64,000 nucleotides of DNA, taken from the NCBI GenBank assembly GCA_964252035.1, contig OZ176216.1; one strand, given 5' to 3'. How positions within the stretch are numbered: the stretch's first letter is position 1; each line of letters opens with the position of its first letter. The DNA is from Podarcis erhardii (taxonomy: Eukaryota). Under the pieces are notes generated by a model. That model saw only the letters and a program-made list of their open reading frames with translations. It was not told the DNA's origin and did no database searches. Both the position numbers and the translations under genes were made by a program. Shown piece by piece: positions 46,490 through 58,155 of this stretch.

Positions 46490-46671
46490 CTTCAGAGACA
46501 GACAAAAGGCAGTGCAGCTGAAGTACAAACAGGTGGGGACAGGTTCCTGTCCGGCACAGCTACCTCGTCATCCCATTAACCTCTCCCCCTCCTCGTGCCT
46601 TATTATCTGTAATCCTGCCCTAAAAACACCAACGCCCCGCTGGAGAGAGCCTGTCTGCCTGGGAAGGGCAC

Positions 46672-46949
46672 CTGATCCCCAGAAGCTTCTGCTTCTGCAT
46701 CTTCCCACAGATCAGAAAAGCCTCGTCGATGGTGCGTGAGACTTCCTCGTGGATCTCGTCATCGGAGCTGACGTCCTCCACGCAAGCCATGAGCTGTGCC
46801 ACTCGCTGCCGCAGCTGCAGCCGCCCGCTGGAGCCCGCGCTGCTCACACTGGCAGAGCGGCTGCGCAAGGCAGAGGGGGTGCCCTCCAGGTCCAGCAAGG
46901 AGACGGAGAGCAAGTCCTGAAGCGGCTCTTCAGGCTGCAAAGATGCCAT
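46672..46949 (-). CDS. INPP5K: INPP5K alternative first exon 1B, 92-aa N-terminal extension (MASLQPEEPLQDLL...RQRVAQLMACVEDVSSDDEIHEEVSRTIDEAFLICGKMQKQKLLGI)
   Basis: 278 nt open frame from ccccATGG to donor AG|GTGCCC. Phase 2 matches exon 2, 182 nt away. Codon-like, CpG-retaining composition. Confidence 0.72.
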
Positions 46950-48220
46950 GGGGCCAGAAGGAGAGGGGCATGCCCCACGCCCCACCCAAGGCGCCCCCCA
47001 GCCAGAGAAGTGTCAATGTAGGCAGAATTAAGCCTTGCTTCTGGCACAAGCTAAGCAAGGAAGCCGTCAACCGCACCAGAAGGCAACTCTGAGGCAGGAA
47101 GGGAGGTCCTCTTCCTCTCCTTGCAAGCCCTCAAGGTGCACCCCCCACACCCATGCCACGCGCCAAGATTTAATGCCACTGGAGCCTGGAGATTTATGAA
47201 AAGCTATTGTTAACTGAGGCCAATCACATGTTTCTGCCACTGTGTCATGGAGGTATAATCACTGGTTTTGAGGCACGTGCCCCACATGGAGGGATTGCCA
47301 AGCCAGGGACCAAATCTGACAAGTGAGCCCCTCAGGAGGCTTTTATTAACACAGCTTCTGGCTAGGAAGGGGTTTGGGGGGTCAGAGGTGGCTGTTGGAG
47401 CTTAGCTTGTGGTCAGAGAAGTGTGGGGAAGGGAAAACATATTTGGCCTGTTACAGGTGGCCTTGCAAATGCTGCCAGACTACAGCTCCCATCACCCCTG
47501 AGCACTGACTCCGCTGCTTGCTGGGAACTAGAGCCCAACATCCACTGGAGGTTCTCCGCAAATACAGGCGCTGCAAAGGCAGAACGCGGATGTACCGCGC
47601 AGGGCCGCGGTTTGGAAGACCTGGCTGGGACTTAAGCGCAAGGCCCCCGTCCCGCGGGAGGAGGGAGAAGCGCCACCGGCAGGCAGCCCGGCAGCCCCCG
47701 ATCCTGGGCGTGTTCCCGGCCGCCTGCCTTTCCGCGGGCGCGCCTGATCACCGCCCCCGGAGGATGTGGAAAGTGCGGGCCGGAGAGCCCCTTTGGCAGC
47801 GGGCGCAGCACCTGCTAAGTAAGCGGCCCACGCAGGACTCAAATCCCAGCCGGTGCTTTGCAAGCCGAAATCGGCTTTCGCGCTTCCCGCGGCGATTAGC
47901 ATAACTCCCGCTCCGGAGCCTCGGCGCCGCATCCGGGGGCTTTGCTGTAAGAAGGAGCGCCTGTCCGCGGGCGGAGGCCGGTCACGGGGCCCCGAAATCC
48001 TTCGGGAGGGGTTGCTGCCTCCTCGCGGGAAACCCCAAGGGGGCGGAGGAGCCTCGCGGGAGTGGGGGCGCCACTTGGGGCAGGCAGGCAGGCAGGCGGG
48101 CAGGCTCGGGCGCACTCTGCACATGCCCAGGGACTCCCTTGACTCCGCCGGGGGCACGTGGGCCAAAGGGGAGTTTCCCCAAGACGGGTCCCCCGCGCGC
48201 CTGGGCAGGCGCGGCCTCAC

Positions 48221-48252
48221 CTGAGACGCCGCCGTCCTTCCTCCGGCTCCAT
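48221..48252 (-). CDS. INPP5K: INPP5K exon 1A coding part (MEPEEGRRRLR)
   Basis: gccgcgATGG context; ends CTC AG|GTGAGG, phase 2, like human ...GRRLS. Confidence 0.9.
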
Positions 48253-48574
48253 CGCGGCTGCCCGAGAAAGAAGAGGAGGGCGAGACGGCCGAGACCGGAG
48301 GAAAGAGCTCGCTCCGCTCTTGTGACCGCTCCGGCCAATCGGGGCAGGGGACGAGGTCGGCGCGCCTCCTGATTGGCTGGGATGCCAAGAGGCCGCGTCG
48401 TTCTGAGCACGTGATGCAAACAACGGGTAGCGAACGCAGAGCTACGCAAAAAGGATAGAGTGTCATATCCCTTGCATTTCCGGATAGAAACAAGAAGCTG
48501 CCCAAAGAAGTCAATGGGGTTTTGAGGGTCGCTGCGCCGGAAGATGCGACCCTGGTGCCTGCTGCTGTTCATGA

Positions 48575-48703
48575 TTTGAATTAATTTTATAATGAAATGA
48601 TTTTAGAATGTTGTATTATTTTATTGTTGTTAGCCGCCCTGAGCCCGGCTTCGGCTGGGGAGGGCGGGATATAAATAAGATTTATTATTATTATTATTAT
48701 TAT
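48575..48703 (+). mobile_element. L2 LINE 3' tail with (ATT)n
   Basis: Near-identical to 57220-57360: gttagccgccctgagcccggcttcggctggggagggcgggatataaataa. Confidence 0.85.
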
Positions 48704-49581
48704 GGGGCCTGACCCCAACCCGCAATATCCGCGCGAGGTTACCCTGCAAGGCTGTTGCAAGCGGCTGTCTCCCGCGCAGAGGACTCTCCGCTCTGCTGCA
48801 GCGATGGCCGGCGCAGTAAAATTAACGTATTTCTCCCAAAACAAAAACCTGCACTTGGGTGGGGCGTTGACGTGCCTGCGGCGTTTTGTGCGTGTGTTTC
48901 TTTTGCGGGGAGGGGGGCGCTGCCACTGTTTTCTGCGTGCTGCTCTCACTTGAGGGAGGAAGATTCAAACATGGTTTCTCAATTGGATCCAGGGAGTGAC
49001 CCATCCCGCCAGCAAAATGGTCCCCTCTGTCTATTTCATATCTCTGGGGGAGCGCGGCCCCGACGGAGTCCCTTCGAGAGCGGGCCGTGACGTCCCGCAG
49101 CTGCCTTCCGGGTCGGCTTCGGGCTCCGCAGCCCAGGAGCGCCGCAGCGGGGCTTCCATAAATGCAACCTCGATGTGTCTCTTTCGGGAGCCGAAGCGAC
49201 AGGCCTCAAAGTCCAGAGGAGCTCACAAGAATGCAGGGAGCCTCGCCTTGTATTCGCCTTATATATAAATTAGGGCTGTCCCACTAGAAAAGGCCGGACG
49301 CCCAAGCGCGAGTGCAAATGCGGAATAAGAACATGGGCAGAGCGCCCCTTCTGCGGCAGGAAGACATCAGGGGCTCCTGCCTTGCCTCCGGGAAACTGCA
49401 GGCTAGGAGACGCTTCTCCCGTCGCTCCTTCGGCTCCTGCCGCCTTCCCAGCGTCTTCTGGGAGGGGATTCATTCACTCACTCCCCAAGTCCCACCCCCG
49501 GCTGTCACCAACTCTACTGAAATCACGGTCTCCACTGTAGCCTTCTAAGAGGACAACCCGGGAAGCCCACCCACTCCCTAT

Positions 49582-49719
49582 CAGCCTCTCTCAAGCTGCG
49601 GATCCCCAGATGTTGTTGAACTACAACTCCCATCACCCCTAGCTAGCAAGGCCAGAGCTCAGGGATGATGGGAGTTGTAGTCCAACAACATCTGGAGACC
49701 CACAGGTTGAGAACTGCTG
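49582..49719. mobile_element. URR1-like hAT MITE
   Basis: Palindrome ccagatgttgttgaactacaactcccat / atgggagttgtagtccaacaacatctgg. Confidence 0.8.
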
Positions 49720-50819
49720 CAAGCACTGCTGTGTTGTCCTTAAAGATTTCCCCCTGGTTACTGGAGTCCAGCTGCTCAGTAGGCACAGCAGCTGTCACAG
49801 CTTTCCTGTCTGCTTCCCTCCTCCAGTTAAACAGAAGTCATTCATACTGGCTGACACACACCCTCAAAGATATCAGGGGTGGGGGAGAGGCAAAACAACC
49901 CCTTTCTTCCTTCCTTCTTTCCCACCCATCCAAGAAAAAGCCAGACTGCAGGCCAATGCTCTGTCTATGATTTTATTAGATTTGTTTCCAATATGCCTGT
50001 ATTGGAAGATTGGGAGACAAAAAAAAGGCACAAACTCACATTAAAGAAACAATAAGATCATCTAATCAAGTCTACAAAGTGTTTGCCATAAAAAGGAGTT
50101 GCACTAGGAACCAACCAAAACAGATCAGGGAGTCCCTGCAGAGGCCAGCAGAGGATGAGCCCAGAAAGGCAAGAGCATGCTGGTGGGGTGGGGGGCTTCT
50201 CTCCCCCCACTGGGCTCCAAAGATGGAAGCCCAGGCAGGTGTTGGGAGAAAGCAGCTCAGCTCAGCAACCATACCCACCCTCCTCCTCCAAGCCAACAGG
50301 GTGGGGTGGGGTCTGGGTGGTGAAGCCAAATGCAACATGTTACGCAGTGCCTCCACAGCACCCTCTCTGCTCCCATTGCTGGGCTCCCCCCTCTTCCCAG
50401 GAAGGAACAAAGAGGTCAGTCGTCACCGGGGGGTAGGGGAGGCAGAGAGAAGGCTCAGAAGATGTGCCTCAGCTACAGTTCGGCAGGAGGCGAACTCTAA
50501 AAAAACGCAACACGCAAAGAGCAGAACAAAGGACACACAGAGTGGAAGTTTGCTGCATTTTTCTCGCTCTTACTGCTAAGCAGGAAAGCTTTGTGTTTTA
50601 ATGAGAGCTTTCACCTTCGTACCACAATCCTCCCTTGATTTTCTCCCCCGCCCTTCAAAATGTCACCATCTGTTTCCATAGAGATGTGGTGTCACCAGCT
50701 ACAAAGCCTCTCAGCTAAAAAACAAATCTTTAAGCAGCAGGAGTGATAAGAACAGCCATAGAAACAGTTAACACATTCAAGCATAAGAATCCTCTTACAC
50801 TTCATTACCAAAAGAAAAA

Positions 50820-52383
50820 AAGGAAAAAAATGTTCAGTGTTTTAATTCCCAATTCTCAGTATTTTACAGTACAGGAAGATTAACCAGGGGGCCTCCTTGC
50901 CCTGGAGGGGAGGGAGGAGGGAGCACCCGACACATTCCTGGTCCTAACAGACTTTCCCCCAACCCCTGGGCTTCTCTTTCTCAGGCAGGCAAGGCAGGCC
51001 CAGTGCTGAGCCATGTCTCCCGCTCCGCCTGGGGAGCTTGCTAAAAGCCCCTTTGCCCCAAAGCCCCTCACGTCACCTGTCAAGAGAGCGCGACCAGAAC
51101 GGATCAAGCTTGCTTATTGCACTTGGACATCAATAAGGCAAAAAATGGACAAAACAAGAGGACAAGAGGGATAAACTGCCTCCTCTCAAGGCAAAGCTGC
51201 CCATCGTCACCCTGCTTGTCTCCCACCCTCTCTGTCTGGCAAGGGCCACTGCTTCAGGCGCAGAGAAAGGGAGGAGACCCGGCTACAGAGGCTGCCACAC
51301 CAAGGCATGGCCTCAGCTCTGCTCCCACCAGCTCCTGAGTGAAGCCAGCAGTGTTTGTTCAACCCGCTCTTTCTCCTGTGATTGTCTTAAGCACCTGCCA
51401 GCCCACAGGCAAGTGGGCTTCAGAAGCCCCTCCTCAGCAGCAAAGAGCTCAGCCAGCTTTTGGCCATGACCCCTGCAGCTCCTGGCAACCGAGAGAGACA
51501 GATCATCCCCTCTGCAGTGCCACTGCTCCGTGCTACGGGCCTTATTGCTCAGGAGCAGCACAAACGCCCAACACAAGCAGCGCCTGAGCAGGAAACAACC
51601 AAAGAACGGGATTCTGCTTGTGCAATTTGTTTGGTGGTCGGGTTAAGAGACCATTCAGCTCGTCTACTGTAGTAAAGGGGAAGGTGGAGGAGACCCAGGA
51701 CTGTTTTCTTAGCAGGCCAACTAAGTCACCTGCTCCCACCACCCCAGAAGCGGCAATGTGGACCTTGAGGACCACACTGGAAGGGGCTCAGCAGGCAGAA
51801 CCTGGGCAAGGAGCAGAGGCTGATGCAGGTGCACTTCAAGACCAGGGCACTGCTAGGAGCAATCTTCCCTGCTCCTTGTGGCCAGGAGCCCTGCCCATTA
51901 CCGTGATATTCAGGGAGCAAAAAGGTTGGCCTGACACCCTCTAATACTGAGTTCCCATCTCCACAAATGGACAAAGAAAGGTGAAGAAACAAAGGCAGCA
52001 GTTTATCCCAGTGTTTCAAAGGAAAAATAGAGATATATACATACATATGAAATCTAAATCACCACATCACAAGACTATTTCAGCTAAAACGGTCACTTGG
52101 AAATCAAAGAGCCACATGGGAATCGGGCTGAACACTCTTCTGGGGAAGGCGGCTGTGTCACGGGTGCAGCCATCCCCCAGGAAGTGCCTCCAGCCCAGGT
52201 GCCAAGGCCAGAGCGCTCAGGACCAGAGGACTGTCTATTTGCTCACGATAGTAAGGGCCACTAGAGTTAGCTAGGGGAGGTTGGAAGTCGCCTGCTGACT
52301 GGCTAGAGGAGGGCTTGATCCAGAGATGGTCCGTTGGTCAAGAGGGTGGAGTTCCTGGGCCTTCCTGCTGGCTGTTTTGCAAA
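50820..52383 (-). other. PITPNA: PITPNA terminal (non-coding) exon / 3' UTR; 3' end approximate
   Basis: Acceptor tctctctttctttccttaag| at 52384. ATTAAA at 50841-50846; alternatives ATTAAA at 50597 and AATAAA at 49972. Confidence 0.65.
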
Positions 52384-52881
52384 CTTAAGGAAAGAAAGAG
52401 AGAAATTGAGTTACTTCAGCGGCTTGAAAGCGATCTTCCAAGTGGGGAAACTCTGCTGGGTAGCTGGATTTATTAAACACTCTTGAGTATCTTGGCAGTC
52501 ATTTTTGAAGGAGGGGGAACGCAGAGTGCCTTTTCTGTCAGGGATGACACTGCATGGTTTCAACAGTGAGGGTACAGTCAACTGTGCAATCCCGGAGAGC
52601 CAGCAGCAGACTTATTCCATGTCCTGCTCAGACACCCACGCCCACATCAAAAGCCTCCTGCAGCCGAGCCCACAAAGAACATTTGCACCAGGAATTTATT
52701 GCACTTGGCACAGATGTTTCTCTTGATATTTATGCTTGGAGCCAATGCAGGATCCTTAAGAAGGGGCAACACAGCTCATGTCAGAAGCACCATGTCCCCA
52801 TATTTGTGGCATCGCCTCTTTTCTAACCTTTGAAGGCAGCCCCGAAGATGTGGACATACCGTGCAAAGAGAGGAATCCATG

Positions 52882-52929
52882 CTAGTCATCTGCAGCCGAC
52901 GTTCCTTTCAAGGGGTCCTTCTGTCTCAT
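52882..52929 (-). CDS. PITPNA: PITPNA exon 11 coding part (MRQKDPLKGTSAADD*); exon continues to the donor at 52860
   Basis: Alpha-type C-terminus; TAG at 52882-52884; donor G|GTATGT 22 nt after the stop. Confidence 0.92.
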   Translation of the reverse strand: MRQKDPLKGTSAADD

Positions 52930-53025
52930 CTGCAGCAGGAGAAAAGGAGATTTTTTGGTCTTTTGCAAAATTAGACCAGGGAGCAGGACAACCAGAGGGC
53001 AGATCTCCTGGAGTGAGAGACCTCA

Positions 53026-53307
<282 letters not shown>

Positions 53308-53969
53308 CTACAAGAGAAGGAAGAAGAGCTCAGAGCTCCAGCACAAGAGCCCTCCACAGCCAGCATGCAGCAGGGCATGCTGAGCCATGCAGCTGAGTCA
53401 TGCCTCCCCACTCCCCTCAAGGGAGCAGCACCACGTTGCTCCCTGCCAGAAGTCAGTTCCAATATTCTTGGCCTCATTCAGCGCCAGACCGTTCTCAGCT
53501 CTTACAGGCAAGCGCAAGAATGCAAGAGCTCCGATACACAAAGCAGAAGAAAGATGGGCCCTACAGTGCCTGTTCATCTTGCTGGGCGCAAAAGGCCGTC
53601 TCAACCCTTGGCTTGTAACTATTCTGAGGCAGGCACAGGTTTTGCTGGCTGTAAAGAAAAGCTGTGTGCACTTGCCAAAGGCAAAGCAACAGCAATCCAG
53701 ATATGAACAGGACAGAGCTGACCGCTCTGGCCTCACGACAAGGAGGGCAACGTGGCAGGGCTTCATTTGCCTGCCTGCAGTTGGTGTGTGGCTGCTCCAC
53801 CTCCAAGAGAACAATGTGGCACGCCTGGCAAAGCCACAGCACACCAACCCCCAAGCGACGGAGGGGACGTTTCCCCACCCAGCCCTTTTGTGAAGGCTGA
53901 GGGCTGCACCACCTCACCCGCCTTCCCCAATTACGTCCTGTTGGCCTTTGGGGATGACCTTTCACTCAC

Positions 53970-54080
53970 CTTCTGTATAAAGTTTTCGACTTTGTTCTGC
54001 AGCCCCCACCACTTGAACTTGACCGTTACTAGCTTGTAAGCACACATGTATGGACAGTCGGTTTGCTTGCCCAGCTCCTT
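53970..54080 (-). CDS. PITPNA: PITPNA exon 9 ([37 protein letters not shown])
   Basis: 111 nt; CAG...GTGAGT. Confidence 0.96.
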
Positions 54081-54401
54081 CTGCAGACGTAAGAGAGGAA
54101 TCCTCAGAATGGAGCCCTTGGCCCCAAACCAGCCCCACGGCCAGCCCTCCCCTCTTCCTCCTCTCCGCTCATTCAGTGTTTATACTTCTGGCAACCCAAC
54201 CCACAATAGCAGGTCCAGTATGTCTAGATTATCGGCTGTGAGCCAGGAAGCCCCCCATTTAAGTCTCAAGGAAGACAGTCCTGAGCCATCTTCCATCAGC
54301 TATGAAGCAGCCTGAACACCTGGCAGCTACAGAGCCCCTATTCTCCAAGGACCACTGCCATTTGGCACAGCACCCAGAACGACACCAATGCCCATACATA
54401 C

Positions 54402-54479
54402 CCTCCAGTTGGGCCCCAAAGGGCCACGCCCTGTTTTGGTGGATTTAAACTTTGATGGGTCTTCTTCCGGCTTGTAATC
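54402..54479 (-). CDS. PITPNA: PITPNA exon 8 ([26 protein letters not shown])
   Basis: 78 nt; KTGRGPL motif; CAG...GTATGT. Confidence 0.96.
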
Positions 54480-55237
54480 CTGAAGCAGATACAACAGGGA
54501 GCAGGTTACAGCAAAGGAAGATAACACCTACCTCCAAAGAAGGGTGCAAAGCAGTCTCCTTTGCTTCCTGGAAAGCAAGGAGCTCAGGGGAGTTCCATTT
54601 CCCCCCTTCCGCTGTAGTATCGAGGGCCACAGCAGCTGCTCAGGGGCAAGACATCCCAGGCTGCCAGGAGGAAGAAGCCCCAACCCAAGCTGGGCATTTC
54701 CACCTTGGCCTGAGCGCCTAATCCCAAAGGCCCCCCCAGGGAATGGAAGACGGACAGCACCCCCCTTTTCTCTCCACTCAATGCATGGCACAGCCACCCT
54801 GCCAATTACAATCCTGAGCAAGGGAACAGAGCAATTTATGCTGGGATTTATGGTCCCTTCTCAGCGCTCGCAAATAAAAAGAAAAGAAAAAAGGAACCTC
54901 TTACTCTCCTAGAAGCCTACACAAAATGCCCACAGAAATTAGAAGTCTTAAGTGGTTTTTGTGGCTAAGCCAATTCTTTCATTTGTAAGCTATGCCGCTG
55001 CAGAGCTCAGAGGGAAAACTCAAGGTCACAGTCAGCCAGACAACTCTGAAGTGGCTATTTGTGGCTATGCCCAGGGCCCAGTTCGGCCGACTGGAAACAG
55101 CCCCCGACAAAGGCAGCTGCTTTTCTCCAGCCAAGCAAAGCACGTGCCCCCCCCAAGCCCCCACCCGCCTGCAGCCCAAGAGGAGCCCTTCTCCTGAACA
55201 CCCACCCCAGGCCAGCTCTCGCACTCGGCTGCCGTAC

Positions 55238-55321
55238 CCTTGAAAGCACTTGGCTCCGGTCTGCAATGTCGATATAGACGGCTTCTACATTCTTCCATTC
55301 ATTCGGGTCCAGTTTGTGAAC
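55238..55321 (-). CDS. PITPNA: PITPNA exon 7 ([28 protein letters not shown])
   Basis: 84 nt; CAG...GTACGG. Confidence 0.95.
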
Positions 55322-56252
55322 CTGCAGGCAGCAGAAAGGAGGAGTGTTTGCGTGATGTCTCAGTGCCCCTCTTCCAAGTTTTAGTGCTCTTCTTTAAATT
55401 GATTTCTTCCCCCCACCTTCAGCCATTGGAGCTTTCATGGCAGCCAACGCAGGACAAGAACATAACAGCAAAGATCTTTAAACACACAGAAACTCAGCAC
55501 CATGAAAACAGTTTTTATGAAAGAGCAGAATATTTATAGTAAGCTATATTCAACTAAGTTCTACTCAGAGTAAACCCACTGAAATTAATGGACCCAAGTT
55601 AACAATGCCCATTTGCTTTGGTGCTCCAAGTACAACTAATGTTGGATACTGTTCATTAGTTTTATACATTCTTACTGTTACATTATGATTTTGTACAACC
55701 ACCCCCATTGCACATCACTTCAGAATTAATAGTTTTCTAAGTAAGACAAATCAAATAAACACAGCAGCAGCAAGAAAAGACATGAGAGAAGCTGAGGGGT
55801 GGCTCACGAAGAGCCAAGTCCTCCGGGGTCCAAAAAGCGATCTCTCCTCTGCCCCAAGTGGAAAGAGCTCCTGTCCAAAAGCAAGCTAGTAAGTGAAGAA
55901 TCCCCCCCATTGCCCACAAGAGCAGGCTGAGGGTCCACTTCACCCCACAGCCTGTGTGGTCCAGGGAGAGGCATTTTAAGATGGACACACAAACTCCTGG
56001 GGGACCCCCAGCACACGCACGGGAGGCTTATCGTCTTGTGGCGCTCCGAAGCAAAGCATGGGGAGGTGGCTGGGGAGGCTGCACTTGGGGACAAGCGCTT
56101 CCGGCTTAGAATTGCTCCAAACCAGCAACATGCCCAAACCTTCTTTGCACTTGGCCACCTCCAGAAGGCAAGCTCTGCAGAGCCATCTCTTTGCCACCCG
56201 CTTCCGGGACGCAGAGCCAGCCACAGGGGCCGTTCCTGCCAAGGGCACTTAC

Positions 56253-56327
56253 ATTCTCCTGCATGCCAAGGTCCGGTTTGTGCCAGGTCTCAATTTTGAT
56301 CAAGAAGTCGTCTTTCATGTACTCATT
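56253..56327 (-). CDS. PITPNA: PITPNA exon 6 ([25 protein letters not shown])
   Basis: 75 nt; CAG...GTAAGT. Confidence 0.96.
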
Positions 56328-56561
56328 CTGCCAAAGAGAGAAGATTACGTTACCAGCCGGGAATTAGGAAAAGCAAGCGGGAGCATACACCTTTCCCAGA
56401 CTCCACCCTTGGGGCAGCGGATCTGTCTGCTTGCTCTCCTTTCCCCATTGGCTTCTTAAGTTGGGTCAGGCAACTTTCTCTCACAGGCTGGGATCACATC
56501 ACAGCAATGGAATTCCAGGCCCTTAGAAACATTTTGAGAAAACTTGCTCTTGCATTATTTG

Positions 56562-57348
56562 GCAAATGGAGGCGCAGATTGCAGCTATAACAAAGGCGGC
56601 ATTTTTCCATCTCCGCCAAGCTAAGCAGTTGGCTCCTTACCTCTCTCGCCCTGACCTAGCCACTGTGATCCACGCGACGGTCACCTCCAGAATGGATTAT
56701 TGTAACTCACTCTACGTGGGGCTGCCCTTGAGACTGATCCAGAAACTCCAGCGGGTGCAGAATGCTGCAGCGAGACTCCTTACGGGGTCTTCGCTGCGAG
56801 ATCACATTCACCCAGTGCTATAACAGCTGCACTGGCTCCCAGTGGAGTACAGGATCAAGTTTAAGGTGCTGGTTTTAACCTTTAAAGCCCTATACAGCCT
56901 AGGACCCTCGTACCTACGGGACCGCCTCTCCTGGTATGCCCCACAGAGAAACTTACGGTCTTCAAATAAAAACATCTTGAAGGTCCCAGGCCACAGAGAA
57001 GTTAGGCTGGCCTCAACTAGAGCCAGGGCTTTTTCAGCTGTGGCTTCGACCTGGTGGAACACTGTCACAAGAGACTAGGGCCCTGGGGGACTTGACATCT
57101 TTCCGCAGGGCCTGCAAGACAGAGCTGTTCCGCCAGGCCTTTGGCCAGGGCACAGCCTGACTCCCTCCCTTGGCAATCTTCGCGGAGCTCTGGCCCAATG
57201 GTGGCCAGTGGCTTGAATTTAATTAATTTTATAATGAATGATTTTAGAGTGTTGTTTGTGCTGTACTTTTGTACTGTTTTATTGTTGTTAGCCGCCCTGA
57301 GCCCGGCTTCGGCTGGGGAGGGCGGGATATAAATAAAATTTATTTTTA

Positions 57349-57397
<49 letters not shown>
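56562..57397 (+). mobile_element. L2-clade LINE, 5'-truncated, antisense in PITPNA intron 5
   Basis: AFFHLRQAKQLAPYL...SRMDYCNSLYVGLP...LQRVQNAAARLLTG...HPVL*QLHWLPVEYRIKFKVLVLTFKAL; (ATT)n tail at about 57347-57397. Confidence 0.92.
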
Positions 57398-57398
<1 letters not shown>

Positions 57399-58155
57399 AT
57401 ATCTCAGAACTCTGTGCCTGCTAACATTTAACCTGCACTGTTTTATATATCACAAAATGAGAATGGAGTAGTTTTAAAGATGTTGCAGTGCTCTTCCAGC
57501 TAAGAGACAAACAGTCCCTTTTGGGGGCAAAGTGTAGTGACTAGAACCCTCAAAGAATGCCTGGAGTTGACAGTCAGAGCCTTGGTCCCCTTCCCCAGGA
57601 CAAAGGCTGGCAGAGGCTCTCCAGGGTTTTGGCTAGCAGGCCAGAGCCAGAGGGAGCCAGCCCACCCACAACTTCTTTGCCCTGCCTGGAATCCATCGCC
57701 AGGGCAGCCACTTCCTAGAGGGGCTGATCGAGGGCCTGCCAGGACCGGTCGAGACACCGAGTCTATAAACCAAAGCACTCTGGGCACAGAATTCAGTGGC
57801 CAGGATGGGGGCCCAATGGCCTCTGCTGAGCAGTGATGGAAGGTGCGAAGGCCACAGGACAGGGAGGGCCAGTTGGTACAAGTGGCCCGGGAGGATCTCA
57901 GCTGGCACAGGATGAGAACAGGGCTGGGGGCAAGAGGCTGTGGAGGGGCATCAACTGTTGAATTCAAAGAAGCAAAGTTCACCCCTGAGGAGAGAAGGGT
58001 CTTCTGCCAGCTGGGACCTTCTGTGTGCAAAGCAGGGGCTCCACATCACGAGGGTGCAGTCCCTCTGCAAGCCCCACCTGGCTGTGGGACATCCCAGTAG
58101 CCTCCCCAATCACTTACACAGCTCTGCTCTGAAGGAGAGAGGAAGCCACACTTAC

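Larger units (their letters stand above)
37360..48252 (-). other. INPP5K: INPP5K gene span (inositol polyphosphate 5-phosphatase K / SKIP)
   Basis: 12 exons join to 1383 nt (460 aa plus stop). Catalytic motifs FWFGDLNFR and PAWTDRILW; SKICH-type WDWIGLY. Synteny. Confidence 0.97.
47560..49470. promoter_or_regulatory. INPP5K: CpG island at the INPP5K promoter, interrupted by an L2 tail
   Basis: High CpG density. CCAAT at 48335 and ATTGG at 48372, E-box CACGTG at 48408, TGACGTC at 49088, TATATATAAA at 49260. Confidence 0.85.

Noticed and set aside
49220-49800. Pol III type-3 gene (PSE plus TATA) such as U6, 7SK, RPPH1, RMRP or vault
   Set aside because: PSE match is weak, there is no nearby TTTT terminator, and I see no similarity to these RNAs or to the telomerase RNA template
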